Of a stretch of 64,000 bases of DNA, positions 20,595 to 29,900 are shown one piece after another. The position numbers and the translations under genes are program-made. Origin of the DNA: Gemmatimonadota bacterium (GTDB lineage: Bacteria > Latescibacterota > UBA2968 > UBA8231); NCBI GenBank assembly GCA_038153405.1, contig JAYOYH010000009.1:28725-92724 (forward strand). The letters are read 5' to 3'. Under the pieces are notes generated by a model, which worked only from the letters and a program-made list of their open reading frames with translations, searched no databases and was not told where the DNA came from. Numbering within the stretch: the first letter of the stretch is position 1; each line of letters opens with the position of its first letter.

Positions 20595-20623
20595 TTGACA
20601 GTGTATTGAGTGCAGTTTATGTT
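20595..20623 (+). promoter_or_regulatory. Sigma-70-like promoter (TTGACA - 17 nt - TATGTT) with an AT-rich upstream tract
   Basis: TTGACA at 20595-20600, an exact 17-nt spacer, and TATGTT at 20618-20623. AT-rich UP-like sequence at 20565-20594. It lies about 100 nt upstream of the IHF/HU-like gene. Confidence 0.5.
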
Positions 20624-20727
20624 CCCATAACATCATTATTCCCAATAAGTAAGGGATGATTTAACTCTCCCCAAGAGGCTTCTTTCTCCAAGCGCCTTGC
20701 GGCGGTCTACCAATCAGGAGATGCGTC

Positions 20728-21090
20728 TTGTCTACAGTGACAAAAAAGGAGCTGGCGCTCCTCGTGAGCGAAAGCGCGGGCTGCAAGAAGAACGTGGCCG
20801 CCGAAATGGTCGACAGCCTATTCAATGCCATGCGCGATAGCCTGATTGAGGGCAATCGCATAGAAATTCGCGGCTTTGGCGTTTTTCAAGTTAAGGACAC
20901 CCGCCCCAAACCCGCCGCTCGCAATCCGCGCACGGGTGAGATCATCTATGTCCCAGCGCGCCGCAAGACCCACTTCAAGCCTGGTCGCCTGCTAAAAGAT
21001 GCGCTGCACGAGGTGCGCGAAGCGGACGCCGTGCCAACCGCCGCTGCTGCGTCGGCCCCGCTGGGCGAATCGGACTCCAATAGTCAATAA
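20728..21090 (+). CDS. HU/IHF-family DNA-binding protein with an Ala-rich C-terminal tail
   Basis: GFGVFQVKDTRPKPAARNPRTGEIIYVPARRKTHFKPG beta-arm motif. The start is TTG 20728 (RBS caggag) or GTG 20737 (MTKKELA). About 25 extra C-terminal residues. Confidence 0.85.
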   Translation: MSTVTKKELALLVSESAGCKKNVAAEMVDSLFNAMRDSLIEGNRIEIRGFGVFQVKDTRPKPAARNPRTGEIIYVPARRKTHFKPGRLLKDALHEVREADAVPTAAAASAPLGESDSNSQ

Positions 21091-21106
21091 AAGGTCATTG
21101 CGCGCT

Positions 21107-23500
21107 GTGAACAATTGTGCGAGAGGGGTGCTTTGCGCCTCTCTCTTTTTTTTCCTGTGCGGGCTAGGTGTTGTCGACGCCGAGCAATTGGTTGGTTTGC
21201 GGTGGGAAAACCCCGGCCAATTGCGCCAGTTGCAAGAGCGCGGGCTGCAGGTGCGCTATGTCGATCGCGGCATCGTCCTCGTCGCTTGGGCGAACGACGC
21301 TGCGGTGGACGATCCCATATTTAAAGACGTGCGCTCGCCAGGCGAGCGCTACTACGTGGCCGACCACCTCGACGCGCTACCGCTCGAAGGCGTGCGTGTA
21401 GTACACGAGCGAGGTGGCCTGCGAGGCTGGGCGCTGGTGCGGATGCAGCCGCAGCGCGCAGACCAGCTGCGCGTAGAAGGAGGCCATTTTCTCTGGCCGC
21501 TGCCCGAGCGCTACAATACGCGCACCTGGCTGCAGCCCAGACCGGGTGCAAAGGCCACGCAGGGCGAACCGGTCGCGGCCGTGCGGCAACTCCTCGATCG
21601 AATCGATGCCGAACGCCTGCGCCGCGACGTCGAGGCATTATCGCTGATCGATCCGCAGGCCGGCAGCGTGGAGGGCAATTTCCGCACTCGCTTTGTATTG
21701 CATCCAGATATGCTCGAAGCTACGCAGTATATCGGCGCTCAACTGGCCGATGCACTGGGCGAAGCGGCCGTCGAGATACAGCCCTTTCCCATCAGTCGCA
21801 GCACGGCGCGCTCGCGCGTGCGGGAGAATAAAGAAGGCATTGATCTGGTCGACAGCACGGCGTTTAACGTGGTAGCGACGTTGCCCGGTTCCGATCCGAC
21901 CGCCGGTTACTACGTCATCTGTGCTCACTACGACGCCACGGCCGTGCGTTCGAGCGGCTGGGATTGGCGGCAGGACCCGGCGCCGGGAGCCGATGACAAC
22001 GCCAGTGGCACGGCGCTGGTGCTGGAGAGCGCGCGCGTGCTGGCCGGTCAAACCTTCCCGTGGACCATCAAATTCATCGCCTTTTCCGGCGAAGAGCTCG
22101 GGCTGTTGGGCAGCCGTGCGTATGCCGAAGCGGCCCTTCTCAACGACGAGCGCATTCTCGGCGTGCTCAACTTTGATATGATCGGTTTTAACGATCTCGC
22201 CGAGCGCTTGGAACTGGTGAGCAACCCCGGTTCGCTGTGGCTGGTCGACGCCATGCGCCAAGTAAACGAGCGCTATGAAATTGGTCTGCAGGTAGATGTG
22301 CTTGAAGATGCGGGGGCGGGCCTGAGCGACCACGCGCCGTTCTGGGCGCGCGGCTACGACGCGGTGCTCGGCATTGAGAACTACCTGCCGACCGATACGA
22401 CGACAGTTGGGGTTCGCCGCGGCCAATACCGAATAAACTCGCAGTACCACTCGACGATTGACCTACCGGACAGTCTAAACTACGGCCTCATGCGGCGCGT
22501 AACCCAGCTGGCCGTGGGCACGCTGGCTGAGTACGGCGTTGGCCAGGGTTTGCCCAACTTAGCTGTGTTTAACGGCGATTTGCGCGGCGATGACGAAGAC
22601 CATCTGCGCGTGCGCGTCAGCAATATCGGCTTTGGGCCGCTGTCGGCCGACTTTGATCTGCGCGTGTCGCAGTGCCAACTCGATTCAAGCGGCTGTGAGC
22701 TGGTCCATGAAGCGAGCGTGGTGGGGGGACTGGTGCCGGGCGGCAACGCCGAAGTGCGTTTTGCATGGAGCCGCTTTGGCCAACAGCTCTTTCTCGTCGA
22801 AGTCGAAGCGGGCGAGTCGGAGGTGACGTTGCAGGACAATCGACTGTTTCAGCAGGTGAGCCTGATACCCCAACGAGATATCGTCGTATTTCCCAACCCC
22901 TTTCTGCCGCTGCAGCAGTCGGCGCTGCGCTTTAGCGGGGTGCCGTTCAACGCGGAGGTGCGCATCTATGCGCCGACGGGCGAGTTGGTATGGAGCGCGC
23001 GCGAAGACGATGGGCGCCAGCGGCGTTTAGGGGCACGCGCCAACGAAGTGCTCTGGCTCGGCGTCAACGGCAGCGGCAGCAGCGATCTCGGTGCGCCGCT
23101 GGTGGCCAGCGGCATCTACGTCTACGCTATCTACGGAGCCGATGGCGCGCTGCTGCGCAAAGACAAAGTCGCCGTCGTGCGCTCCCAACGAGATATCGTC
23201 GTATTTCCCAACCCCTTTCTGCCGCTGCAGCAGTCGGCGCTGCGCTTTAGCGGGGTGCCGTTCAACGCGGAGGTGCGCATCTATGCGCCGACGGGCGAGT
23301 TGGTATGGAGCGCGCGCGAAGACGATGGGCGCCAGCGGCGTTTAGGGGCACGCGCCAACGAAGTGCTCTGGCTCGGCGTCAACGGCAGCGGCAGCAGCGA
23401 TCTCGGTGCGCCGCTGGTGGCCAGCGGCATCTACGTCTACGCTATCTACGGAGCCGATGGCGCGCTGCTGCGCAAAGACAAAGTCGCCGTCGTGCGCTAG
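21107..23500 (+). CDS. Secreted M28-family metallopeptidase with a CARDB-like domain and a duplicated Por/FlgD-type C-terminal domain
   Basis: M28 motifs: AHYDA, GADDNASGTA, FSGEELGLLGS, NFDMIG, LSDHAPFW. CARDB-like segment (LRVRVSNIGFGPLSADFDLRV...), then two identical 105-aa FPNPF-type C-terminal domains. Start is uncertain (TTG 21098, GTG 21107 or GTG 21128); the listed start at 20999 lies inside the IHF gene. Signal peptide CASLFFFLCGLGVVDA. Confidence 0.85.
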   Translation: MNNCARGVLCASLFFFLCGLGVVDAEQLVGLRWENPGQLRQLQERGLQVRYVDRGIVLVAWANDAAVDDPIFKDVRSPGERYYVADHLDALPLEGVRVVHERGGLRGWALVRMQPQRADQLRVEGGHFLWPLPERYNTRTWLQPRPGAKATQGEPVAAVRQLLDRIDAERLRRDVEALSLIDPQAGSVEGNFRTRFVLHPDMLEATQYIGAQLADALGEAAVEIQPFPISRSTARSRVRENKEGIDLVDSTAFNVVATLPGSDPTAGYYVICAHYDATAVRSSGWDWRQDPAPGADDNASGTALVLESARVLAGQTFPWTIKFIAFSGEELGLLGSRAYAEAALLNDERILGVLNFDMIGFNDLAERLELVSNPGSLWLVDAMRQVNERYEIGLQVDVLEDAGAGLSDHAPFWARGYDAVLGIENYLPTDTTTVGVRRGQYRINSQYHSTIDLPDSLNYGLMRRVTQLAVGTLAEYGVGQGLPNLAVFNGDLRGDDEDHLRVRVSNIGFGPLSADFDLRVSQCQLDSSGCELVHEASVVGGLVPGGNAEVRFAWSRFGQQLFLVEVEAGESEVTLQDNRLFQQVSLIPQRDIVVFPNPFLPLQQSALRFSGVPFNAEVRIYAPTGELVWSAREDDGRQRRLGARANEVLWLGVNGSGSSDLGAPLVASGIYVYAIYGADGALLRKDKVAVVRSQRDIVVFPNPFLPLQQSALRFSGVPFNAEVRIYAPTGELVWSAREDDGRQRRLGARANEVLWLGVNGSGSSDLGAPLVASGIYVYAIYGADGALLRKDKVAVVR
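22869..23498 (+). repeat. Perfect tandem duplication, 2 x 315 bp (22869-23183 and 23184-23498)
   Basis: The two units are identical at every base I compared by eye. They also give identical peptides in all reading frames of the ORF track (for example 22990..23250 versus 23305..23523). Confidence 0.95.
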
Positions 23501-23550
23501 CGCGATACAACACATTCCCATAAAAATAGAGTAGTGGCAGAGGGGGCGTT

Positions 23551-24249
23551 TTAATCGCGGCCGAGCGGACAGTCGCTGCAGCGTCGCGTGTCGTCGTCGC
23601 AGTGCGCTAGTTCACAGCTTAGCAGGGCATTGACTTGGTTCTGCCAGTGTGGCGGGTAGTTGATAGCGCCCTCGACGCGAAAATCGCGCACCAGCGCGCG
23701 CAGCAGGGCAAAGCGCGTCTTGCGGTCGGCCACCCGTTCGCGCACGCGCCGACGGGCTGCGGCCAGACCGTCCAGGTAGGTAGCAAAATTTTTATCAAAG
23801 AGCTCGGCGAGGTCTTGGCGCAGGCGGCTGGCCAGCGAGGGACTGGTGTTGCTGGTGCTGATGCTCAGGCGCAAATGGCCGGGATGCACCAGCGCGACCA
23901 TGCCGAAGGTGCAGTATTCGGGTTGGTCGTAGGAGTTGATGAGTATATTGCGCGCCGAGGCGTTTTCCCACACGCGCCGCGTGAGATCTGGATCGTCGGC
24001 TACGGTGTTAATGACTAGGAATACGCCGTCGAGATCGGTATCGGCAAAGGGCTGCGCGCGATGGCAGAGGCGCTTCTCAGCGGCCCATGTGCTCAGCTGT
24101 GGGGTGAGCTGGTCGGCCAGCAGCACAACGCGCGCCCCGGCGTCGAGCAGGCGTCCGGTCTTTTCTTCGGCCTCGCGTCCGCCGCCCAAGACGAGGCACG
24201 GGCGGTCCATGACGTCGAGACCGACTTGAAAGAGTGGGTTGATCTTCAC
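23551..24249 (-). CDS. Precorrin-2 dehydrogenase / sirohydrochlorin ferrochelatase (SirC / CysG N-terminal-like) with a Cys-rich tail
   Basis: Rossmann motif CLVLGGGREAEEKTGRLLDAGARVVLLA, plus ATxDD-like INTVADDP and ISTSNTSPSLASRLR motifs. The tail CELAHCDDDTRRCSDCPLG is additional. Confidence 0.75.
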   Translation of the reverse strand: MKINPLFQVGLDVMDRPCLVLGGGREAEEKTGRLLDAGARVVLLADQLTPQLSTWAAEKRLCHRAQPFADTDLDGVFLVINTVADDPDLTRRVWENASARNILINSYDQPEYCTFGMVALVHPGHLRLSISTSNTSPSLASRLRQDLAELFDKNFATYLDGLAAARRRVRERVADRKTRFALLRALVRDFRVEGAINYPPHWQNQVNALLSCELAHCDDDTRRCSDCPLGRD

Positions 24250-24725
24250 GGGCCGTGGCCCAGTTGAGCAACCAGTTCGGGCAATTGCGGCAGCACTAGC
24301 TTTTCCAGAGCTATTTCTATGGCTTGGCCATCGGCTGGTAAGGCAAAGACCAGGCGGCGCTGCTGGACGCCAGCCGCTGCGCGCGCCAGCATAGCGCGGG
24401 GGCCAATGGCTGGAAAGAGTAGGCCGCGCAGCAGCTCGCCAAAGCCGTCTAGTCGGCGATCAAAGAGCTTTTCGGCCGCATCGCTCGTCGCATCGCGCAG
24501 GCCGATGCCGCCGCCGCTGGTGAGAAAAATGGTGCGCACGGAGCTAGACTGGGCGAGCATGGCCAACTCGCCCTTTATCTGCAGCGAGTCGCTCCGGATC
24601 TTGCGCGGAGCACTGCAGGTGTGGCCGGCGGCGCTCAATAATTCGACGATGCGCTCGGCGTTGCCCACGGCGCGCTCGTCGCGGTCGCCGCCTACGGCGA
24701 CGACCGCACATCCAATCGCCGCCAT
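24246..24725 (-). CDS. MoaB/MogA-like molybdopterin-binding domain protein
   Basis: TSGGGIGLRDATSDA (compare TGGTG..RD.T.EA), GFGELLR and LARAAAGV...LVFALP motifs. 4-nt overlap with the downstream gene. Confidence 0.75.
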   Translation of the reverse strand: MAAIGCAVVAVGGDRDERAVGNAERIVELLSAAGHTCSAPRKIRSDSLQIKGELAMLAQSSSVRTIFLTSGGGIGLRDATSDAAEKLFDRRLDGFGELLRGLLFPAIGPRAMLARAAAGVQQRRLVFALPADGQAIEIALEKLVLPQLPELVAQLGHGP

Positions 24726-25633
24726 TACAGCCCTTTGGAAAGCGACAGGTAGTCGGTGCCTTCGCCGGCGCCTATTTCAATTGGCAGGCCCAGTTCGGCC
24801 CAACCCTTTTCGATGACCTGTCCGCTCTGGTCGCGCGCGCCGCCGAAGCCCCCCATTACGTTGGAGACGTCCGTAAAACCGGCGGCCACCAGCGCTTCGG
24901 CCGCTCGCTGTGAACGCCCGCCCATCTGGCATCCTAGCAGGAGTTTGGCGTTGTGTGTAAAGTGCTTTTCTACCGTGCGAACAAAGTCGTTGTTGGGAAC
25001 CATGCCCATCGCTTCTTTGTGCATGATGGGTATATTAAGAGAGTCGGCTGGGTGGGCAGCTTCGTATTCGGGCATGGAGCGCACATCGATATATACGTAG
25101 CCATCGCCGCCGTCGAGCAGTTCCTTGGCCTGGGTGGGGTTAATGGTTTTTACACTCATCGGGTATACCTCCTGTCGTATAAAAGTACCGTTCGGATCAA
25201 ATACTGGGCGCTCGCTGCGCCGCTGTTGTTTAAGGTGTTCAAACCAGCAGCGATAAGAACAAAAGTAGTACCCTTGTCGCTCGATAAAGTTGCTTTCGTA
25301 GGGCTGGGCGCAGGCGTGGCATCGACGCTGTGCTTTGGGCGTCGGCTGGCCGCGGGAGAAGCTGTCGAACAATCGATTCAAATAGTAGCCGCCGCGCCAG
25401 CCCAAAAGGAGTGCACAGCCGGCCTGTAACAGCGTGTGGCTGAGCAGCGCGCTGCCGACGAGTGCCAACCAGAAACACAGGCAGTGCGGACAGCTTATGA
25501 GCTGGTGTAGAAGGGCCGATCTTTGCTCTACGCTGTTGCGCAGTCCGGCCAGTATGGGAGAACGCCGTATAAAACGGCTCCCAAAGGCCGAGAAGGCCAC
25601 GTTGGCCGTTAGTATGTAGAGCAGCGATTCCAC
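24725..25633 (-). CDS. DUF1360-like membrane segment + Cys4 zinc-ribbon + rhodanese domain (single open frame; the rhodanese may also start independently at 25159)
   Basis: The N-terminus has SCPHCLCFWLALVG (DUF1360-like) and hydrophobic helices. The middle has CHAC...FCSYRC (TRASH/MYM-like ribbon). The C-terminal 144 aa is a single-domain rhodanese with active-site loop CQMGGRS. An internal ATG at 25159 is preceded by AGGAGG with good spacing. The full frame starts at GTG. Confidence 0.65.
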   Translation of the reverse strand: MESLLYILTANVAFSAFGSRFIRRSPILAGLRNSVEQRSALLHQLISCPHCLCFWLALVGSALLSHTLLQAGCALLLGWRGGYYLNRLFDSFSRGQPTPKAQRRCHACAQPYESNFIERQGYYFCSYRCWFEHLKQQRRSERPVFDPNGTFIRQEVYPMSVKTINPTQAKELLDGGDGYVYIDVRSMPEYEAAHPADSLNIPIMHKEAMGMVPNNDFVRTVEKHFTHNAKLLLGCQMGGRSQRAAEALVAAGFTDVSNVMGGFGGARDQSGQVIEKGWAELGLPIEIGAGEGTDYLSLSKGL

Positions 25634-25743
25634 TTGACAGTGCGTAGCGAGTAGGGCTCTTTTCGTCTATATGATAATAGACTATTGGATATGCATAATA
25701 ATACGAACACTGCATGCGTAGTGTAAAGCGAATAGGGTGTGCG

Positions 25744-26922
25744 ATGGGATGTATTTGCTCGGCTAGTCGGCTGCGCGTTGCACTGGTTGTTGGGGCGTTG
25801 GCGCTATGGTCCTGTCAGAGCGAAGAGCCGGTTGAAGGAGAGAAAGACGGCGGCATCGCGGAGGGGGCAGCAACCGATAGCACGGCGGTCGACAGCGCTG
25901 CTACAGAGAAGGCCGTCGACGCCGTCCCCGTGGAGGTTGCTCGCGCGCGTATAGGATCCATCTCCTCTTATCTGTTGTTCAATTCGACGATCGAGACCGA
26001 AGAGGCGGTGCAGGTATTTCCGCAGATCAGTGGGTTGGTAGAGCAGGTGGCTGCCGAAGAGGGTGATCGCGTCCAAGCTGGCGATACGCTGCTCTACATC
26101 GAGGACGACCAACTGGGTATTGCCTACCAGGAAGCAAAAGTCAATTTTGAATTTCAAGAGGTCAATTTTCGCCGCAACGAGGCGATGTTCGAGCGAAAAT
26201 TGATCAGCGATCAGGACTACGAGACAAAGCGTTTTGAATTGGAACAAGCGCGCCTGCGCTACGATCGTGCGCGCCTCGATTTAGATCACTCCATTGTGGT
26301 TGCGCCCTTTTCCGGTGTGATAACGGAGCGCCACGTGCAGGTCGGTGCGCGCGTCAGTTCGGGCATGCAGCTTTTCGACCTGATAAAGCTGGACGATATG
26401 ATCGCCCGCGTATTCGTACCCGGACAGTACCTGATGAGCGTGAAGCGAGATCAGGTCGCTACTATTGCCTCCGACTTTTTGCCCAATCAAGAGTTCAGTG
26501 GTTGGGTCAAGCGCATTAGTCCTATCGTCGACCCTAGGAGCGGCACCTTTAAAGTTACGGTGGGGGTGCGCGATCGTTTTGAGGCGCTGCGACCAGGCAT
26601 CTTTGTCAGCGTGCGCATCGTCACCGACACGCACGAGGCGGCCGTCCTCGTGCCCAAGGAGGCCATTGTTTACGACGGCGGCGAGCAATATCTATTTGCC
26701 GTGCGCGACACTGTGGCCCAGCGCATTCTACTGGAACCCGGCTACGAGAACCTCGACAGCGTGGAGGCGATGTCCGGTATAGAAGCTGGCGAGCGCATTA
26801 TCACCGTCGGTCAGAACGGGTTGAAGGATGGAGCGCGCGTGCGCATAATTGAAAACGAAGAAGCCGAGTCGCACATATCCACAGAAGCGCGATCCGACAG
26901 CGCAGACGGCCTTCGGGACTAG
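25744..26922 (+). CDS. Efflux RND periplasmic adaptor (membrane fusion protein, HlyD family), lipoprotein
   Basis: Lipobox LALWSC. Lipoyl/beta-barrel motifs (VAAEEGDRVQAGDTLLYIED, APFSGVITERHVQVGARV). Start trimmed to ATG 25744. Confidence 0.9.
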   Translation: MGCICSASRLRVALVVGALALWSCQSEEPVEGEKDGGIAEGAATDSTAVDSAATEKAVDAVPVEVARARIGSISSYLLFNSTIETEEAVQVFPQISGLVEQVAAEEGDRVQAGDTLLYIEDDQLGIAYQEAKVNFEFQEVNFRRNEAMFERKLISDQDYETKRFELEQARLRYDRARLDLDHSIVVAPFSGVITERHVQVGARVSSGMQLFDLIKLDDMIARVFVPGQYLMSVKRDQVATIASDFLPNQEFSGWVKRISPIVDPRSGTFKVTVGVRDRFEALRPGIFVSVRIVTDTHEAAVLVPKEAIVYDGGEQYLFAVRDTVAQRILLEPGYENLDSVEAMSGIEAGERIITVGQNGLKDGARVRIIENEEAESHISTEARSDSADGLRD

Positions 26923-26931
26923 CTGCGCGCA

Positions 26932-29900
26932 ATGGGACTATCGGCCGATTCCAACCCAGCGCCCCAGTCGGGCTTTGCCATAACTACGCGTCGTCCCGTG
27001 GCCATTCTCATGGTGGTAATGGCCATTTGCGTTTTTGGTTGGGTCTCCTACCAGCGTCTTTCGCTCAATTTGATGCCGGATATCTCCTATCCTACGCTCA
27101 CCGTGCGCACCGAATATCCGGGCACGGCACCGGAGGAAGTGGAGATGCTGCTCTCGCGCCCGCTAGAGCAGGAAGTGGGCATCGTGCCGCACCTGGTCAA
27201 TATGAGCTCCATTTCCAAGGCCGGTCAGTCGGATATCATACTCGAGTTCGAGTGGGATACCGATATGAACGTCATCTCTCAGGAAGTGCGCGAGAAAGTC
27301 GACCGCGTGTTTTTACCCCAGGGCGCGGAAAAGCCCCTCCTGCTGCGCTACGATCCATCCCTCGACCCCATACTGCGCGTAGGTTTACATGGACCACAGG
27401 ATCTCTTCGTGCTGCGTTATATAGCCGAGCACGAGATCAAGCGCGAGTTGGAGGCACTGACGGGCGTGGCCGCCGTCAAGGTCAAGGGCGGACTTGAGGA
27501 AGAGATACACGTCGAGCTCAACGAGCGCCAAATCGCCATTATGGGGTTGGACATTGCTCAAATCAATAGTCGACTGGCGCAGAACAACGTCAACCTGCCC
27601 GGCGGGAACCTGCGCGAAGGACAGGTCGAATACTTGGTGCGCACGCTCAACGAATTTCGCACCCTCGAAGAAATTGGCGAATTGGTAGTGGCCCGCGAGG
27701 CCGGCGCCGACGTCTATCTGCGCGACATTGCCCGCGTTTATCGCTCGCACAAGGACCGCGAAATTATTACGCGAGTCAACGGCGGCGAAAGCGTCGAAAT
27801 CGAGATATACAAAGAAGCCGATGCCAATATTGTCGCTGTGGCCGAGCGCGTGCGCGCCGTGCTATACGGCTTGCCCTTACAGCAGGCCTACGTCGAGGAA
27901 CTGAAAAAGGAAGGAGAGCAGCCCGGTGAAGCAGAAGGCGCATCGGGCATGGCGGAAAAGGAAGACAAAGAGCGCGGCGAAGAGAGTGAAGAGAGCGGCG
28001 AAGAGGGGGTTGAACGTCGCCGCATGGAGGCGGCACAAAAGGCGATGAATCACTTGACGATGACCGACTTCATCAGCTATCGCCTACCGCAGGGTGCGCG
28101 CTTAGAGATTCTTTCAGACCAGTCGACATTTATCAAGAATTCGATCGACGAGGTGCAAAACAGCGCGCTGATCGGCGGTGGGTTTGCCGTATTGATTCTC
28201 TTTGTGTTTTTGCGCAACGTCGTCCATACGCTGATTATCGGCCTGACCATTCCGGTGTCGATCATCGCGACCTTTGCACCGATGTTCATCTTTGACGTGT
28301 CCATGAACATCATGTCGCTGGGCGGTCTGGCGCTGGGAGTGGGCATGTTAGTCGATAACTCGATCGTCGTGCTCGAGAGCATATTCCGCTGTCGAGAAGA
28401 GGGCGACGATATCGTGCGCGCCACCGTGCGCGGCACCACCGAAGTGGGTACGGCTGTCTTTGCGTCGACGCTGACGACGATCACGGTGTTTTTTCCCATC
28501 GTCTTTGTCGAAGGAGTCGCCGGACAGGTCTTTGGCGATATGGGCCTCACGGTTGTATTCTCGCTGCTGGCTTCGCTTGGCGTCGCGCTCTTTTTTATTC
28601 CGATGCTGGCTTCTCGCCAGGTACACAGCGACGGCGATGGCGCGTTGATGCAGCTCGTCCGCAGCGATTTTCTGCGCATGGAAGCTATGCAGCGCGCACG
28701 CGCTGCGCTGAATGATGGCGACCGACCGATGCCCGTTCGCCTGCTGCGCGGAGCGCTGTCGCTGCCCTACCTCGTCTTTGAAACGCTGCTGCGCGTCGGG
28801 CTGGCTGCCGCCGCATTGGTAGCGGCCGTGCTGAAAGCGGTCGCTCTGCTGCTGTTTTACTTGCTCTATCCGCTGGTCTACCTGACCGAACTGTTGGTCA
28901 AGCTACCTCGGCCCATCGAGCAGATAGTGCGCACCTGGTCCGCATCGAGTCGCGTCGGCCGCTTAGACTTCTTTGAGCGTCTGTGGCCGGGTATACTCGC
29001 CTACGGCGGTCCTCAGCACCTGTGTGGAAGTATGGCGCTCTACGCCCAGTGGGTGCAGCAGTCGCTCGGTAATGTATCAAAGGTACTCAAGTGCATTCTT
29101 GCCCCTCTAGTGCTGGTCTATCTAGTCGTGCGTTTTGTTCTGGCCATGGTCCTGCGCCTGTTGGGCATTGTATTGCATGTGGCCATTATGCTTGTCGGCC
29201 TGCTGCTCGTCGTCCTGCTCTTTCTGTTGGGCCTGCTGCTCATGCCGTTATTTGCGCCCGTGCTCTTTACTTTTGAAAAAGGCTTTGGCCTAGTGCAGGT
29301 CGCCTATCCCAGAATGCTGAGCGTGGCGTTGCGCAACAGCGTGGGAGTCGTCGCCATTGCGGTCGCGGCGCTGGTCTTTTGCTGGCAGTACCTGCTACCT
29401 CAGTTGGGTCAGGAGCTCATACCGCAGGTGCACCAGGGCGAGTTCAACCTAGACGTCGCCCTGCCCGTTGGCACGCCGTTGGAAAGGACGGCATCTGTCG
29501 TCGGTCGCATGGAGGTGGTTGCCTCGCGCCAGCCCGAAGTCGAGCGCATGTCTTCTACTATTGGCACCGACCAGTCGGCTAATAGCGCTTCCGACGAGGG
29601 CGAGAATACGGCCAAGATAACGCTTAAGCTAGTGGATGGATCGACAGCCACTCAGGAAGACGCCCTCATTGCTCGCCTGCGCGATCTACTTTCCGATATT
29701 CCAGAAGTCGAATTGGAGATATCGCATCCATCGCTATTTAGTTTCAAAACCCCTATCGAAGTTGAGGTGCGCGGAAACGACCTGCGCGAGCTGCGCCGAC
29801 TCAGCAAAGACGTCGAGGCGCGTCTGGCCCAAATCGAGGGATTGGTCGACGTGCGCTCTTCGCTGCAGGTGGGCAATCCGGAGTTGCAGATCAGCTACAG

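Noticed and set aside
20999-21106. Upstream extension of the M28 peptidase ORF, and comparable extensions of other ORFs (7806, 9113, 10844, 12798, 17080, 19672, 25714, 37194, 38254, 41211, 46891, 46984, 53645)
   Set aside because: The extensions overlap the preceding gene or lack signal-peptide or RBS logic. Internal starts coincide with RBS motifs, stop/start overlaps or canonical protein N-termini (for example PELPEVETV for MutM).
22869-23498. The 315-bp duplication as a mobile element or insertion sequence
   Set aside because: There are no terminal inverted repeats, transposase or target-site duplication. The unit corresponds exactly to one protein domain and is in frame. It is reported instead as a tandem duplication or possible assembly artefact.
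25634-25743. Possible Moco or other riboswitch in the leader of the rhodanese/MoaB-like operon
   Set aside because: The region is short, AT-rich and shared with the divergent efflux operon promoter. I cannot recognise conserved riboswitch helices by eye. It would need a covariance-model scan.
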